Source: Bacteroidia bacterium (lineage in GTDB: Bacteria > Bacteroidota > Bacteroidia > AKYH767-A > OLB10). From it: DNA of 64,000 nucleotides. Below, one piece after another: positions 1 to 8,842 of the stretch. Below the pieces are notes generated by a model. The model was not told where the DNA came from. It saw only the letters and a list, made by a program, of their open reading frames with translations, and made no database searches. Each line of letters starts with the position of its first letter. Position 1 is the first letter of the stretch. A program made the position numbers and the translations under genes. The stretch covers positions 452-64,451 of the forward strand of contig JBBQQQ010000010.1 of NCBI GenBank assembly GCA_038215705.1, read 5' to 3'.

Positions 1-163
1 ATACAAATTTAACGCGACACAGGTTCAGCCTGATGTGATCATGCTGGAATCATCATTAGTTATTAAAAGTGAATCAGTTTCCGTGTCTGAGCTTAATTTT
101 ATTGAAAATTCATTCAAAGCAATAGCCAAAGTTAATAATTCACGCTTAATTGTTTCACATTGA
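1..163 (+). CDS. 3' end of a gene begun upstream of the window (...YKFNATQVQPDVIMLESSLVIKSESVSVSELNFIENSFKAIAKVNNSRLIVSH*); may be the C-terminus of a DUF3857/DUF3858-type protein
   Basis: Frame open from nt 2 to TGA at 161-163, followed by a terminator hairpin; the pattern loosely resembles the C-termini of the DUF3857 proteins at 14308-18217. Confidence 0.55.
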   Translation, partial: YKFNATQVQPDVIMLESSLVIKSESVSVSELNFIENSFKAIAKVNNSRLIVSH

Positions 164-176
164 ATTTCCATTTTAA

Positions 177-210
177 TAATAAACGGGACCAAATTTGCTC
201 CCGTTTATTA
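177..210 (+). terminator. Intrinsic terminator-like hairpin
   Basis: taataaacggga-N10-tcccgtttatta inverted repeat just after the stop at 163. Confidence 0.7.
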
Positions 211-440
211 TACCTTACTGGTTGAAAAACCTGTTTTTAGTAGTTTTCAATGCATCTGTTTTTTTATGCTCAATATAAGTGCTTATACAACATGTTGCCC
301 TGCTGTAAGGTCTGACTTATTAAATATTTTAAAAAGATTTGTTAATCCGAGTGTAATTTTTACTAAATTTATTCCGGTCTTTAATCATCGCTTCCGGTTG
401 GTATGTAAGATCTTGCAATCATTTTCTAAATCTCATCATT

Positions 441-2012
441 ATGAAAATAGCACTATTCTGCTTTCTTTTTACAGTTTGCTTTCTGCCGGTAAGTTCACAA
501 TATCGTTTCCAGAAAAAGCATGTTTATACTAATATTGTTGATGAGTATAACGCAATTGTACAGACTTCTGACAGCGGGTATGCTGTTGCCGGTAGCCCTG
601 GAGCAACAAATAACGATGCTGACCTGGTTCTTACCAGGATGAATAAACTCGGCGATACCTTATGGACCCGTACTTTTGGGAGTCCTACAATTGGAAACCA
701 GGAGAGTTGCTGGGCCAGATCCCTTGTGCAGGCAGATGATGATGGATTTTTTATAGCGGGGTATACAGAAGGTTTTGGCAGTACCAATTTTAATTATTAC
801 CTGGTACGTACCAACCCACTGGGAGATACTTTATGGACACGCACATTAAGCTATCCGAACAGCGGGCACGATTACGCTTATTCCTGCCTGCAAACTTCAG
901 ATGGGAATTTTGTTGCTTTTGGCAGACAGGGAGTTTTCAATGTCGATTTTTACCTTTCCAAATGGGATGATACGGGTTCATTGTTGTGGAACAAAAAATA
1001 TGATCTCGGTTCGAACCATGATTTCGGAAACTCGGTGGATGAAACTTCTGATGGAGGTTTTATTATGGGTGGTTATACAAATGCGAACGGGGCAACACCT
1101 GAAATTCTGGTGGTCAGAACCGACAGCACCGGGACTTTGCAGTGGGCAAAAAAATTTGCTTCAGCATCCGACAATCAATGCAATTCTGTGATGCAAACGA
1201 GCGATGGCGGTTACGTGATTGCAGGGACGTCCCAGTATAATATTTTTGTTATAAAGCTCAACAGTACCGGCGATACTAGCTGGTCCCGGATCTATGGAAA
1301 TACAGCTGTTGAGTATGGAATGAAGATCAGGGAAATTCCCGGAAATGGTTATATCATTACTGGAGAAGCCTTTAATACATCCATCTCGCAGAGTCAGATG
1401 TGCCTGGTAAGAATTGATCCATCCGGAAATATAATGTGGTCAAATACTTATGGATCCTCTTCAGTGAATAGTGAAGGGATGGATGTTTCTCTTGCCATTG
1501 ACGGAGGCTTTATTGCATGCGGCCACATCTTTGATTCCCCCCGGGGAGGTTATATTGTTAAAACAGATGCAGCCGGTATCAGCGGATGTAACCAGTCACC
1601 CCTTATACTGAATTCATCCGCAACATCTTTCCAGGTTAGTACAGTGACACCCACCGTAAGTGCTTCCGCACAAGTCGGCTATCCTCCATCCATTGTAGGC
1701 AGTGGGTTGAGTGAAACGCTTTATTGCTTTTCTACGGGCTTAGATGATGAAATTTCTAACAGGAACATTTTTACCATATATCCCAACCCCGCATTTGATC
1801 AGGTTACTGTTCAGTACGAGGGGAATAGTGAGAACGTAACACTGAATATTTACTCCTTAATGGGAGCTCTTGTGCATGAAAGCAAGATTTTACCGGGCGA
1901 TACAAAAATTGATATCCTTAGCCTGGAACCCGGATTGTACATAGCTGAAATTAAAAGTTTAACCGGCAGCTCCAATAAAAAGTTTGCCGTAGCGAGCATG
2001 TTTAATAATTAA
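441..2012 (+). CDS. Secreted beta-propeller repeat protein with T9SS type A C-terminal sorting domain
   Basis: Signal peptide; repeated QTSDGG(F/Y)...G.T / G(D/N)TLW.(R/K)T(F/Y)G blades; C-terminal IYPNPA...G.Y...K motif. Confidence 0.85.
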   Translation: MKIALFCFLFTVCFLPVSSQYRFQKKHVYTNIVDEYNAIVQTSDSGYAVAGSPGATNNDADLVLTRMNKLGDTLWTRTFGSPTIGNQESCWARSLVQADDDGFFIAGYTEGFGSTNFNYYLVRTNPLGDTLWTRTLSYPNSGHDYAYSCLQTSDGNFVAFGRQGVFNVDFYLSKWDDTGSLLWNKKYDLGSNHDFGNSVDETSDGGFIMGGYTNANGATPEILVVRTDSTGTLQWAKKFASASDNQCNSVMQTSDGGYVIAGTSQYNIFVIKLNSTGDTSWSRIYGNTAVEYGMKIREIPGNGYIITGEAFNTSISQSQMCLVRIDPSGNIMWSNTYGSSSVNSEGMDVSLAIDGGFIACGHIFDSPRGGYIVKTDAAGISGCNQSPLILNSSATSFQVSTVTPTVSASAQVGYPPSIVGSGLSETLYCFSTGLDDEISNRNIFTIYPNPAFDQVTVQYEGNSENVTLNIYSLMGALVHESKILPGDTKIDILSLEPGLYIAEIKSLTGSSNKKFAVASMFNN

Positions 2013-2295
2013 CCCTGATTAGTTAAGCAATAATTTTTATTCACCTGTATCCATTGCTCAAGTATAGGTCACGATTCCCCGTCACCTGGTTGTACGGAGA
2101 TTTAAAACCCGTTTCTTAATCGGGTAAATCTGAAAATTGTGCTCATTTTTTAAACGTTCAGACTTGTATACTTTAGCAAATTTATTGTTGTGCTTTTTCC
2201 AGGCTATAGAACTATTTTTACATAACCTGTTAATCATATTTTATCAGGCAGTGATTTGAAAAATTTTACTAAAATTATTTTATAACGTAACCACC

Positions 2296-5067
2296 ATGAA
2301 ATTTATACAGATGCGTTCCTTTTTGTTTGTTGCATTTTGTTTTAATTATTCTATCGTAATGTCGCAGAATTATGATACCTATCCTCCAATTCCCGGAGCT
2401 ACGCCTGCCACTGTGATGAATGATGTTGCATTCGATAACTCAAACCGTTTCTGGATTAATACAGCAAGTATCGGTACAGCCGTTTATGATTCGATTTCTA
2501 ACAGCTGGTGGATGCTGAATATCAGTAACGGCTTACCGTCGGATACAACCACTTGCATCAGTTTTCAGGGTAATGAAGCCTGGATAGGAACCAGTAACGG
2601 GGCTGCCCGGTATTCGGGTTATCCTACTCAGGGTGGCAGCATTCTTAATACTTACACAACTCCGCAACTTCCGGGAATTGTTGTTACGGATATTTTTTCA
2701 GAAACCGGTTATGTATGGTTTGGAACGCATGCCGGACTGGCACGACTTGAAATAGCGAATAACAACTGGAATTACTATTCCCTGGTGAATGACTCGATAA
2801 CCAAAATTATGCGCGATGGAAACGGAAATCTCTGGGTAGGTACGCGCAATGGGCTTTGCATGACAAGTGATAATGGAATTACCTGGAATACATTCACACC
2901 CGGTACTACCAATAATGTGCTCAGTCCCTATATTTACGACCTGGAATATGACACGTATGGAAGAGTGTGGATCTCTTCCGGAATTTTATCATTTCAGAAT
3001 GTTCCGACAGGTGGTGTTTGTTATTTCCTGAATTCTATTTTCAAACCATTTCGACTTGAAGATTTTGAATACGGTTATGCCTATGGCGCTTATGTTGGAC
3101 GAGGTATAAATTTTGCCAAAGATATTGCCGGTCGTGTACTTTTTATCAATTCCAATCAAAGTGCAGCATATGGTCAACTGGTAAATCCATGGGATTGTGA
3201 TTTGTTACATTTTCAGGTCAATCCGATTTTGGCTGGATTCTCATGTTCAGGTACTGCTTTATATGGTTATATTCATGAGATCATGCCAAATGGTAAAATG
3301 TGGCGGTCTACCAGGCGAAACATTTGTCCTGTATCATTTGAATATGAAGATTATCTAAATCCGATTACACAAACTATATTACCTGAGATACCATCGAGTA
3401 ATACCTGTGCCGGTTGCGCGTACCCGACAATCGGGCAAAATGATTTTGATATCAATCTCGTAAGGACTACAATTTTATCAGGTGGTGATATGCATTGGGA
3501 CCTGAGTAATCCCCAATATGAGGTTCCGAAGGGTTCGGGTAAGCATACGGTATTCGCATCGTCACATTGGATCGGGGGAATTGATGCCGGTGGTCAAACC
3601 CGTGTGGCAGCTCAAACATATCGTCAGACAGGGAATGATTTCTGGGCCGGACCGTTAGATGAAATGAGTATTGTGCCCGGTGATTCAACATCACTTTATT
3701 TCGACGAGGTTTATAAAGTGAGCCGATGGGAAATTGAAGCATTTAAAAATCATTTTCTCAACAATACCGTATCCTATCAGCAGTGTAATAATAATGTACC
3801 GCTTAGCATTATTAACTGGCCTGCTAAAGGCAATGGAATTGTTACGGGTAATCTGGCACCATTTGTTGATGTTGATGGTAACGGTTTATACAACCCGCTT
3901 ACCGGAGGTGATTATCCTGATATTTTAGGTGACCAGATGTTGTATAAAATTTTTAATGACTCACTGAATGTTCATACAGAATCCGGCAGCGAGCCTATGG
4001 GCGTGGAATTGCGTACTTCCGTGTACGGATTTCTATGTGATAACAGTACTCCTGTAAATGATGTGATTAACTATACAACGTTTTATAAAACTGAAATGAT
4101 TAACCGGAGCAATCGTAATTATACGGATGTATATTTTGGTTTTTGGGTTGATTCAGACCTGGGCAATGCAACAGATGATTATGTGGGTTGTGATGTAGGG
4201 CGAAATGCCGGGTTTACATACAATGGTGATGCGGATGATGAAACTGCATCCGGGTATGGATTGAACCCGCCCATTATGAATGTAAAAGTCCTGCATGGCC
4301 CCATTGCACCTTCAGGAGATGGAATGGATAATAATAATAACGGTACAACTGATGAGCCTGGAGAATATTTTGGAATGAATAAATTTCTTTCATACTATGG
4401 CGCAAATGCCAGTCCTATAGGAAATCCAAATGGTTACCAGGATTTTTACAATTTTCTAAGAGGAGTGTGGCTGAATAACCAACCGATGACATATGGGGGA
4501 AACGGATATAATTTTAGTAGCACTGTTTGTAATTTTATGTACCCCGGAACTACGGATCCCGTTAATTTTCCATTATATGGTGATTGGTCTGAATTCACTG
4601 CCGGAAACCCTGCGGAAGACAGACGGTTTCTTATGAGCAGTGGTCCGTTCACTTTAAACGCAGGTGATACTGTCGTTTATGATTATGCGTATGTTTTCAG
4701 CAGGGATTCTCTGAGCGGTGGTAATCTCAATTTTACGCTCAACAACGCAAATTTAGATCTTGTTCAGTCCTGGTTTAATAACAGCAGTTTTCCGGGATGT
4801 ACTGTATATTCAGTAGGCATTGAAGAGGAGGAGGGTCATGGTATTTTGGTTTATCCTAATCCCGCAACCAATAAGATCAATATAACACTGAGTTCTAAAA
4901 ATACGCGAAACATACACTATGAAATTATTAATCTTCTTGGGGAAAATGTTGCCAAAGGAATTCTTTCTTCATCAACAATTGACATTGACTATTTAGCACC
5001 TCAAATGTATGTTTTGAAACTAAAGAGTGAAAATACGGTATGGATAACAAGATTTATGAAACAGTAA
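2296..5067 (+). CDS. Secreted protein: N-terminal two-component-regulator-type propeller repeats, conserved uncharacterised middle domain, T9SS type A CTD
   Basis: Signal peptide; GNLWVGT.NGL / WFGT.AGL blades; YEVPKGSGKH..F...WIGG...AAQTYRQ.GNDFW.GP block; DxDxNG Ca-type loops; VYPNPA CTD. Confidence 0.8.
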   Translation: MKFIQMRSFLFVAFCFNYSIVMSQNYDTYPPIPGATPATVMNDVAFDNSNRFWINTASIGTAVYDSISNSWWMLNISNGLPSDTTTCISFQGNEAWIGTSNGAARYSGYPTQGGSILNTYTTPQLPGIVVTDIFSETGYVWFGTHAGLARLEIANNNWNYYSLVNDSITKIMRDGNGNLWVGTRNGLCMTSDNGITWNTFTPGTTNNVLSPYIYDLEYDTYGRVWISSGILSFQNVPTGGVCYFLNSIFKPFRLEDFEYGYAYGAYVGRGINFAKDIAGRVLFINSNQSAAYGQLVNPWDCDLLHFQVNPILAGFSCSGTALYGYIHEIMPNGKMWRSTRRNICPVSFEYEDYLNPITQTILPEIPSSNTCAGCAYPTIGQNDFDINLVRTTILSGGDMHWDLSNPQYEVPKGSGKHTVFASSHWIGGIDAGGQTRVAAQTYRQTGNDFWAGPLDEMSIVPGDSTSLYFDEVYKVSRWEIEAFKNHFLNNTVSYQQCNNNVPLSIINWPAKGNGIVTGNLAPFVDVDGNGLYNPLTGGDYPDILGDQMLYKIFNDSLNVHTESGSEPMGVELRTSVYGFLCDNSTPVNDVINYTTFYKTEMINRSNRNYTDVYFGFWVDSDLGNATDDYVGCDVGRNAGFTYNGDADDETASGYGLNPPIMNVKVLHGPIAPSGDGMDNNNNGTTDEPGEYFGMNKFLSYYGANASPIGNPNGYQDFYNFLRGVWLNNQPMTYGGNGYNFSSTVCNFMYPGTTDPVNFPLYGDWSEFTAGNPAEDRRFLMSSGPFTLNAGDTVVYDYAYVFSRDSLSGGNLNFTLNNANLDLVQSWFNNSSFPGCTVYSVGIEEEEGHGILVYPNPATNKINITLSSKNTRNIHYEIINLLGENVAKGILSSSTIDIDYLAPQMYVLKLKSENTVWITRFMKQ

Positions 5068-5352
5068 ACTTTTTCAATTTCTCTCTGATATTACGACCTG
5101 ATCAGGATACCCTAATTAAATTGTTGACCGTGGACAATGATGAATAAAATTTTCTTGTATCAACATATTTATAAATATTTTGTAACTGCTTGTACTAGGT
5201 TTTTATCAATTAGTAATAGTTTAAAGGTTAACAAATGGGTGGATATTACCCGGCATATGTCCCCCGTGTGGCACTAAAAAATTTATGTTAAATTAGCATT
5301 TATTTGAAATTTAATTTAAATTTGACCAAACTAACCTAAACAAACAAAAAAC

Positions 5353-5811
5353 ATGAAAAGATTCCTCTTATTTGGAGGGCTTATAGCCCTTCTTGGCTTT
5401 GTGGCGTGTAAAGATGACGAAGATGATCCGATTATTCCTACACCGCTGCCCACGTTTCCCAGTGGTCAGTACAAGGTTGCAAAAATTGAATTCCGTGATT
5501 CTACGAATCAATTGGTTCAAACATTTACACAGCCAAACGATTCTACACAGTACTTGTACTATAATGCATTGGGTCAATTTGCGAAAGCCGTCAGGGTTAA
5601 GCCTACTGAATGTATTGACAACTGGACTGATTTTACAAATTCCCTGGGTTTTGCTACGTATGATTCAACACAATTCTTTCCTCCGCTGAATATTATAAAG
5701 TTGCATTTTTATGTGGGATGGCAATCGGCTGGATTTGGTGATGAGGAATACCTGTTTTATTATTTAACAAAATCCAGTTACCTACAGGCTGATACAGTTT
5801 CCTGTAATTAA
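5353..5811 (+). CDS. Hypothetical lipoprotein, probably surface-exposed
   Basis: Lipobox FVA-C followed by acidic KDDEDD export-signal-like stretch; TAAATTTG -7 box upstream. Confidence 0.75.
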   Translation: MKRFLLFGGLIALLGFVACKDDEDDPIIPTPLPTFPSGQYKVAKIEFRDSTNQLVQTFTQPNDSTQYLYYNALGQFAKAVRVKPTECIDNWTDFTNSLGFATYDSTQFFPPLNIIKLHFYVGWQSAGFGDEEYLFYYLTKSSYLQADTVSCN

Positions 5812-5836
5812 GCAACTAAACGCGAATTATTGCATC

Positions 5837-5861
5837 AAGGGAAGAGAAATCTTCCCTTTTT
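5837..5861 (+). terminator. Intrinsic terminator
   Basis: aagggaaga-gaaa-tcttccctt followed by a T run. Confidence 0.8.
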
Positions 5862-5878
5862 ATTTTTAAATTTACTTA

Positions 5879-6195
5879 TACAATGCATTCAGTAAAATCA
5901 CGAAGGCGGGAAACCTATTCTCAGTTAAAAGCATTCGTAAAGGTAGATTCGTAAGGCGAAGCCTATTCGAGAATTTGTATTACAATGCATTTAGTAAAAT
6001 CACGAAGGCGGGAAACCTATTCTCAGTTAAAAGCATTCGTAAATTCGTAGATTCATAAGGCGAAGCCTCTTCGAGAAATATGTATTACAATGCATTCAGT
6101 AAAATCACGAAGGCGGGAAACCTATTCTCAGTTAAAAGCATTCGTAAATTCGTAGATTCGTAAGGCGAAGCCTATTCGTTATTCGTTACATTCGT
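5879..6195. repeat. Three near-identical tandem units of 102-105 bp (REP/BIME-like) with an ATTCGT(A/T) tail
   Basis: TACAATGCATT.AGTAAAATCACGAAGGCGGGAAACCTATTCTCAGTTAAAAGCATTCGTAAA starts at 5879, 5981 and 6086; each unit has an AGGCGAAGCCT hairpin. Confidence 0.92.
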
Positions 6196-6785
6196 TACTT
6201 CTCGTGGGCTTTTAACAAAAAACCATTCCTGGTCGAAGGTGCAAAAATTTGATTGGGAGATAAATCAAGGATGCTTTTTAATAAATGGTATATATCCTGG
6301 AAGCTGTTAGGCTTCTGAATATATCTTGTTGCACCTTGAAGAAAAGTTTGTTCTACCTGCTCGAGATTAGCCGAGGTCGAATAAATTAAAATTGGGATAT
6401 ACTGCAATCGGGGATCCTGTTTGAGGTTATTCAGACACTGAAAGCCGTTCATAACGGGCATGTTAAGATCAAGGAAAATAATATCCGGAGGATCCATCGT
6501 ATGCAACATGCGTAATAAATCAACACCATTAGTTGCTGTACTTACTTTAATCTTAGTTGAAATATTTGCCATCGCTTCAATAAATAATTCTTTATCATCA
6601 TCATCATCGTCGGCAATGACGATATGAAGAAAATTATTATTGTCGCTTATATCTAAAACAGATTGAATGATTTTATTGAACCCCAGGTTATTATTTAAAT
6701 TGCGAAGGAAATTACTGAAGTCATGAACATATTCCGATAAAACGCTCGATGGAATAGAATTATAAAATACAGATGTCATATTCAT
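6195..6785 (-). CDS. Stand-alone response regulator receiver protein with a ~50-aa N-terminal extension
   Basis: IVIADDD, DIIFLDLNMP (phospho-Asp), IYSTS, YIQKP motifs; ATG overlaps the kinase stop (TAATG). Confidence 0.88.
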   Translation of the reverse strand: MNMTSVFYNSIPSSVLSEYVHDFSNFLRNLNNNLGFNKIIQSVLDISDNNNFLHIVIADDDDDDKELFIEAMANISTKIKVSTATNGVDLLRMLHTMDPPDIIFLDLNMPVMNGFQCLNNLKQDPRLQYIPILIYSTSANLEQVEQTFLQGATRYIQKPNSFQDIYHLLKSILDLSPNQIFAPSTRNGFLLKAHEK

Positions 6786-8428
6786 TATTTGTGAGTGGTT
6801 ATTTTGTTTTCAAAATTTGCCTGGGATACTGGAACGATGACTGTAAATTCAGTAAAACGTTCATTGCTTTCTGCAGAAATTATACCGTGATGATAATCGG
6901 CAATTTTACGGCAAATAGCTAATCCGATTCCGGAACCGTTATATTGGGAAAGATTATGCAAACGTTCAAATGCGTTAAAAATTAGTTCTTTATACTGGGA
7001 ATCAAAACCAATACCATGATCACGGATTGTAATAGCACAAAATTCTTCCTTTGACCAGTAATAATCTTCATTCCATCCCTTGAATTTATAGTGCGTGTGC
7101 AGACGGTCAGCGTTTTTGATAGAAGAACCACTAAGAATTTTATGAAAAATTTCAATTTCAGGGCGTATTCCAGGCTTGCTGAATTTAATTGCATTACCAA
7201 TTAAGTTTTGAAATAGCTGACCCCACTGCGATGAGTTTCCTTCTATTACCGGAAGTTCCTGGATTTCAATTTTACTATCAGTGGTTTGAATACTGATTTC
7301 GAGATCGGTTAATACGTTTTGTACGATTTCATTTAAATTTATAGTGCTAAAATTTGTTAATTCCGCTGATAACCTTGAAAAGCTTAAAATGTCTTTCATC
7401 AATTGCTGCATGCGGGTGGCGGCAGTATTAATTTTCAACAAATATTTTTGACTCTGGTCATCCTTCAATAGCGCCTGATTTTCTATTTCAAGTCTGTCTA
7501 AATAGGTCTTAATTTTACGCAACGGTTCTTGTAAATCATGTGAAGCCACATATGCAAATTTCTGCAATTCCGTATTAACTTCTTCCAGCTCGAGTGATTT
7601 GGAAATTAATTCCTGTTCCGCTTTTTTATTTTCTGTTACATCCTGACCGGTTCCTATCATTTTTAAAATTTCACCTGATGCGTCTAAAATGACTTCCCCT
7701 TTTGCCTGTAAAATTTTGACATTTCCCTTGGGCGTAATTATTCTATGAAAATAATCTGTAAATTTTTTGCTCTCAAATCCCTGCCTGATGGTTTGATCAA
7801 CATAGTTTTTATCATCAGGGTGAATGAATTGAAGAAAAAAGTCATAGGTCAATCCTCCTTCAGTGGACGGTATTTCATAAATAGTAAACAATCCTTCCGA
7901 CCAGGTTACTTTATTCGAAGCAACATCCCACTCCCATGATCCCATTTTAGCAAGTGCCTGGGCTTCATTCATTTGTTTTATAATGACTTTTAATTCCTCT
8001 TCAGCACGTTTTCTGCTTTCCACCTCTGCTTCCAGCACTTCAGGCCTCTTCAACGACAAAGCAACCGGGATCAATTTTACAAGATTAAATACTGTTAGCC
8101 AACTTAGAATTCCAGTAATAAAAAGAAAGATTGCACTCACCCTGTAAATGGGTTTCCAAAATATTATTGCATCGATTAAATGCGTGATGCCACAGGATAA
8201 TATAAATGCTGCAAATAGAAAATACACCCGCGGAAATCGCACCTCTTTCCGCTTGTTGAGGTAAATTAATATGATTACGGGAATTGCAAAGTATGCTGAC
8301 CAAATTAATAGATCACTTATAATATACAGCCAGCCATGAAACTCTGTCCAGCCCTTCCCACAAAGCCAACGTGGTGGAAACTCTGAAGAATCAAACAGTT
8401 TGGTAAAAAAATCTTTAACGTCATCCAT
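6785..8428 (-). CDS. Membrane sensor histidine kinase: ETR1-like ethylene-binding domain (3 TM) + PAS + HisKA + HATPase
   Basis: ISDLLIWSAYFAIP and FAAFILSCGITHLI match ETR1 ISDFFIAIAYFSIP and FGAFIVLCGATHLI; PAS (GSWEWD...IHPDD); FAYVASHDLQEPLRKI H-box; QLFQNLIGNAIKF, DHGIGF, GSGIGL boxes. Confidence 0.92.
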   Translation of the reverse strand: MDDVKDFFTKLFDSSEFPPRWLCGKGWTEFHGWLYIISDLLIWSAYFAIPVIILIYLNKRKEVRFPRVYFLFAAFILSCGITHLIDAIIFWKPIYRVSAIFLFITGILSWLTVFNLVKLIPVALSLKRPEVLEAEVESRKRAEEELKVIIKQMNEAQALAKMGSWEWDVASNKVTWSEGLFTIYEIPSTEGGLTYDFFLQFIHPDDKNYVDQTIRQGFESKKFTDYFHRIITPKGNVKILQAKGEVILDASGEILKMIGTGQDVTENKKAEQELISKSLELEEVNTELQKFAYVASHDLQEPLRKIKTYLDRLEIENQALLKDDQSQKYLLKINTAATRMQQLMKDILSFSRLSAELTNFSTINLNEIVQNVLTDLEISIQTTDSKIEIQELPVIEGNSSQWGQLFQNLIGNAIKFSKPGIRPEIEIFHKILSGSSIKNADRLHTHYKFKGWNEDYYWSKEEFCAITIRDHGIGFDSQYKELIFNAFERLHNLSQYNGSGIGLAICRKIADYHHGIISAESNERFTEFTVIVPVSQANFENKITTHK

Positions 8429-8447
8429 ATACGCAGTTGATTTGAGG

Positions 8448-8497
8448 CAAATTTATTGAGTTTCATTGGAATTTACTTGAATTTCATTGAAATTCAA
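8448..8497 (-). promoter_or_regulatory. Kinase promoter: -7 box TAAATTTG (8448-8455) abutting two tandem 21-bp palindromic boxes
   Basis: 8477-8497 TTGAATTTCA-T-TGAAATTCAA is a perfect palindrome; 8456-8476 TTGAGTTTCA-T-TGGAATTTAC is a degenerate copy. Confidence 0.6.
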
Positions 8498-8603
8498 ATT
8501 TTTACTTTTCTCTGACATGGAGCTGTCTGCAAAAATAATTTTTTGAGAATTAATATTTATAAATCCGGCCTCCTAGATGCCCCTCTTTATTTATCCAGCT
8601 ATT

Positions 8604-8653
8604 TCTTTGCGTCCTTGGCGCCCTTTGCGTGAAACCCTTTTTATCACGCAAAA
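8604..8653. repeat. Dispersed intergenic element (CTTTGCG...GCGTGAAA), hairpin-forming
   Basis: tctttgcgtccttggcgccctttgcgtgaaaccctttttatcacgcaaaag; a related copy lies at ~20385-20430. Confidence 0.5.
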
Positions 8654-8781
8654 GATTGATCAGTTATAATATTGTGGAGTAAATTTCTCAGGTTGCCATA
8701 AAGTTTTAGTAATCATCAATTTTATTACCTGATTCGGGGGAATTTTATCCGGAAACCTCTGTAAATGCTGGTTTTTTTGAG

Positions 8782-8796
8782 TGGCACAATATTTTC
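8782..8796 (+). promoter_or_regulatory. sigma54-like -24/-12 motif upstream of the SET gene
   Basis: TGGCACAATATTTTC. Confidence 0.5.
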
Positions 8797-8842
8797 ATGA
8801 TTGCAACCAGCCACCAATTTTAACTAAATTTTATTGTATTTT

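Noticed and set aside
266-532. 88-aa ORF and other short overlapping ORFs inside long genes
   Set aside because: They overlap well-supported genes in other frames and show no recognisable motifs
5269-5284. TGGCAC as another sigma54-like motif upstream of the 5353 lipoprotein
   Set aside because: The -12 positions are AATT rather than TT(G/T)/TGAC, and a canonical TAAATTTG box lies closer to the gene
5879-6195. CRISPR array
   Set aside because: Units are near-identical along their whole length with no unique spacers, and no cas genes are present
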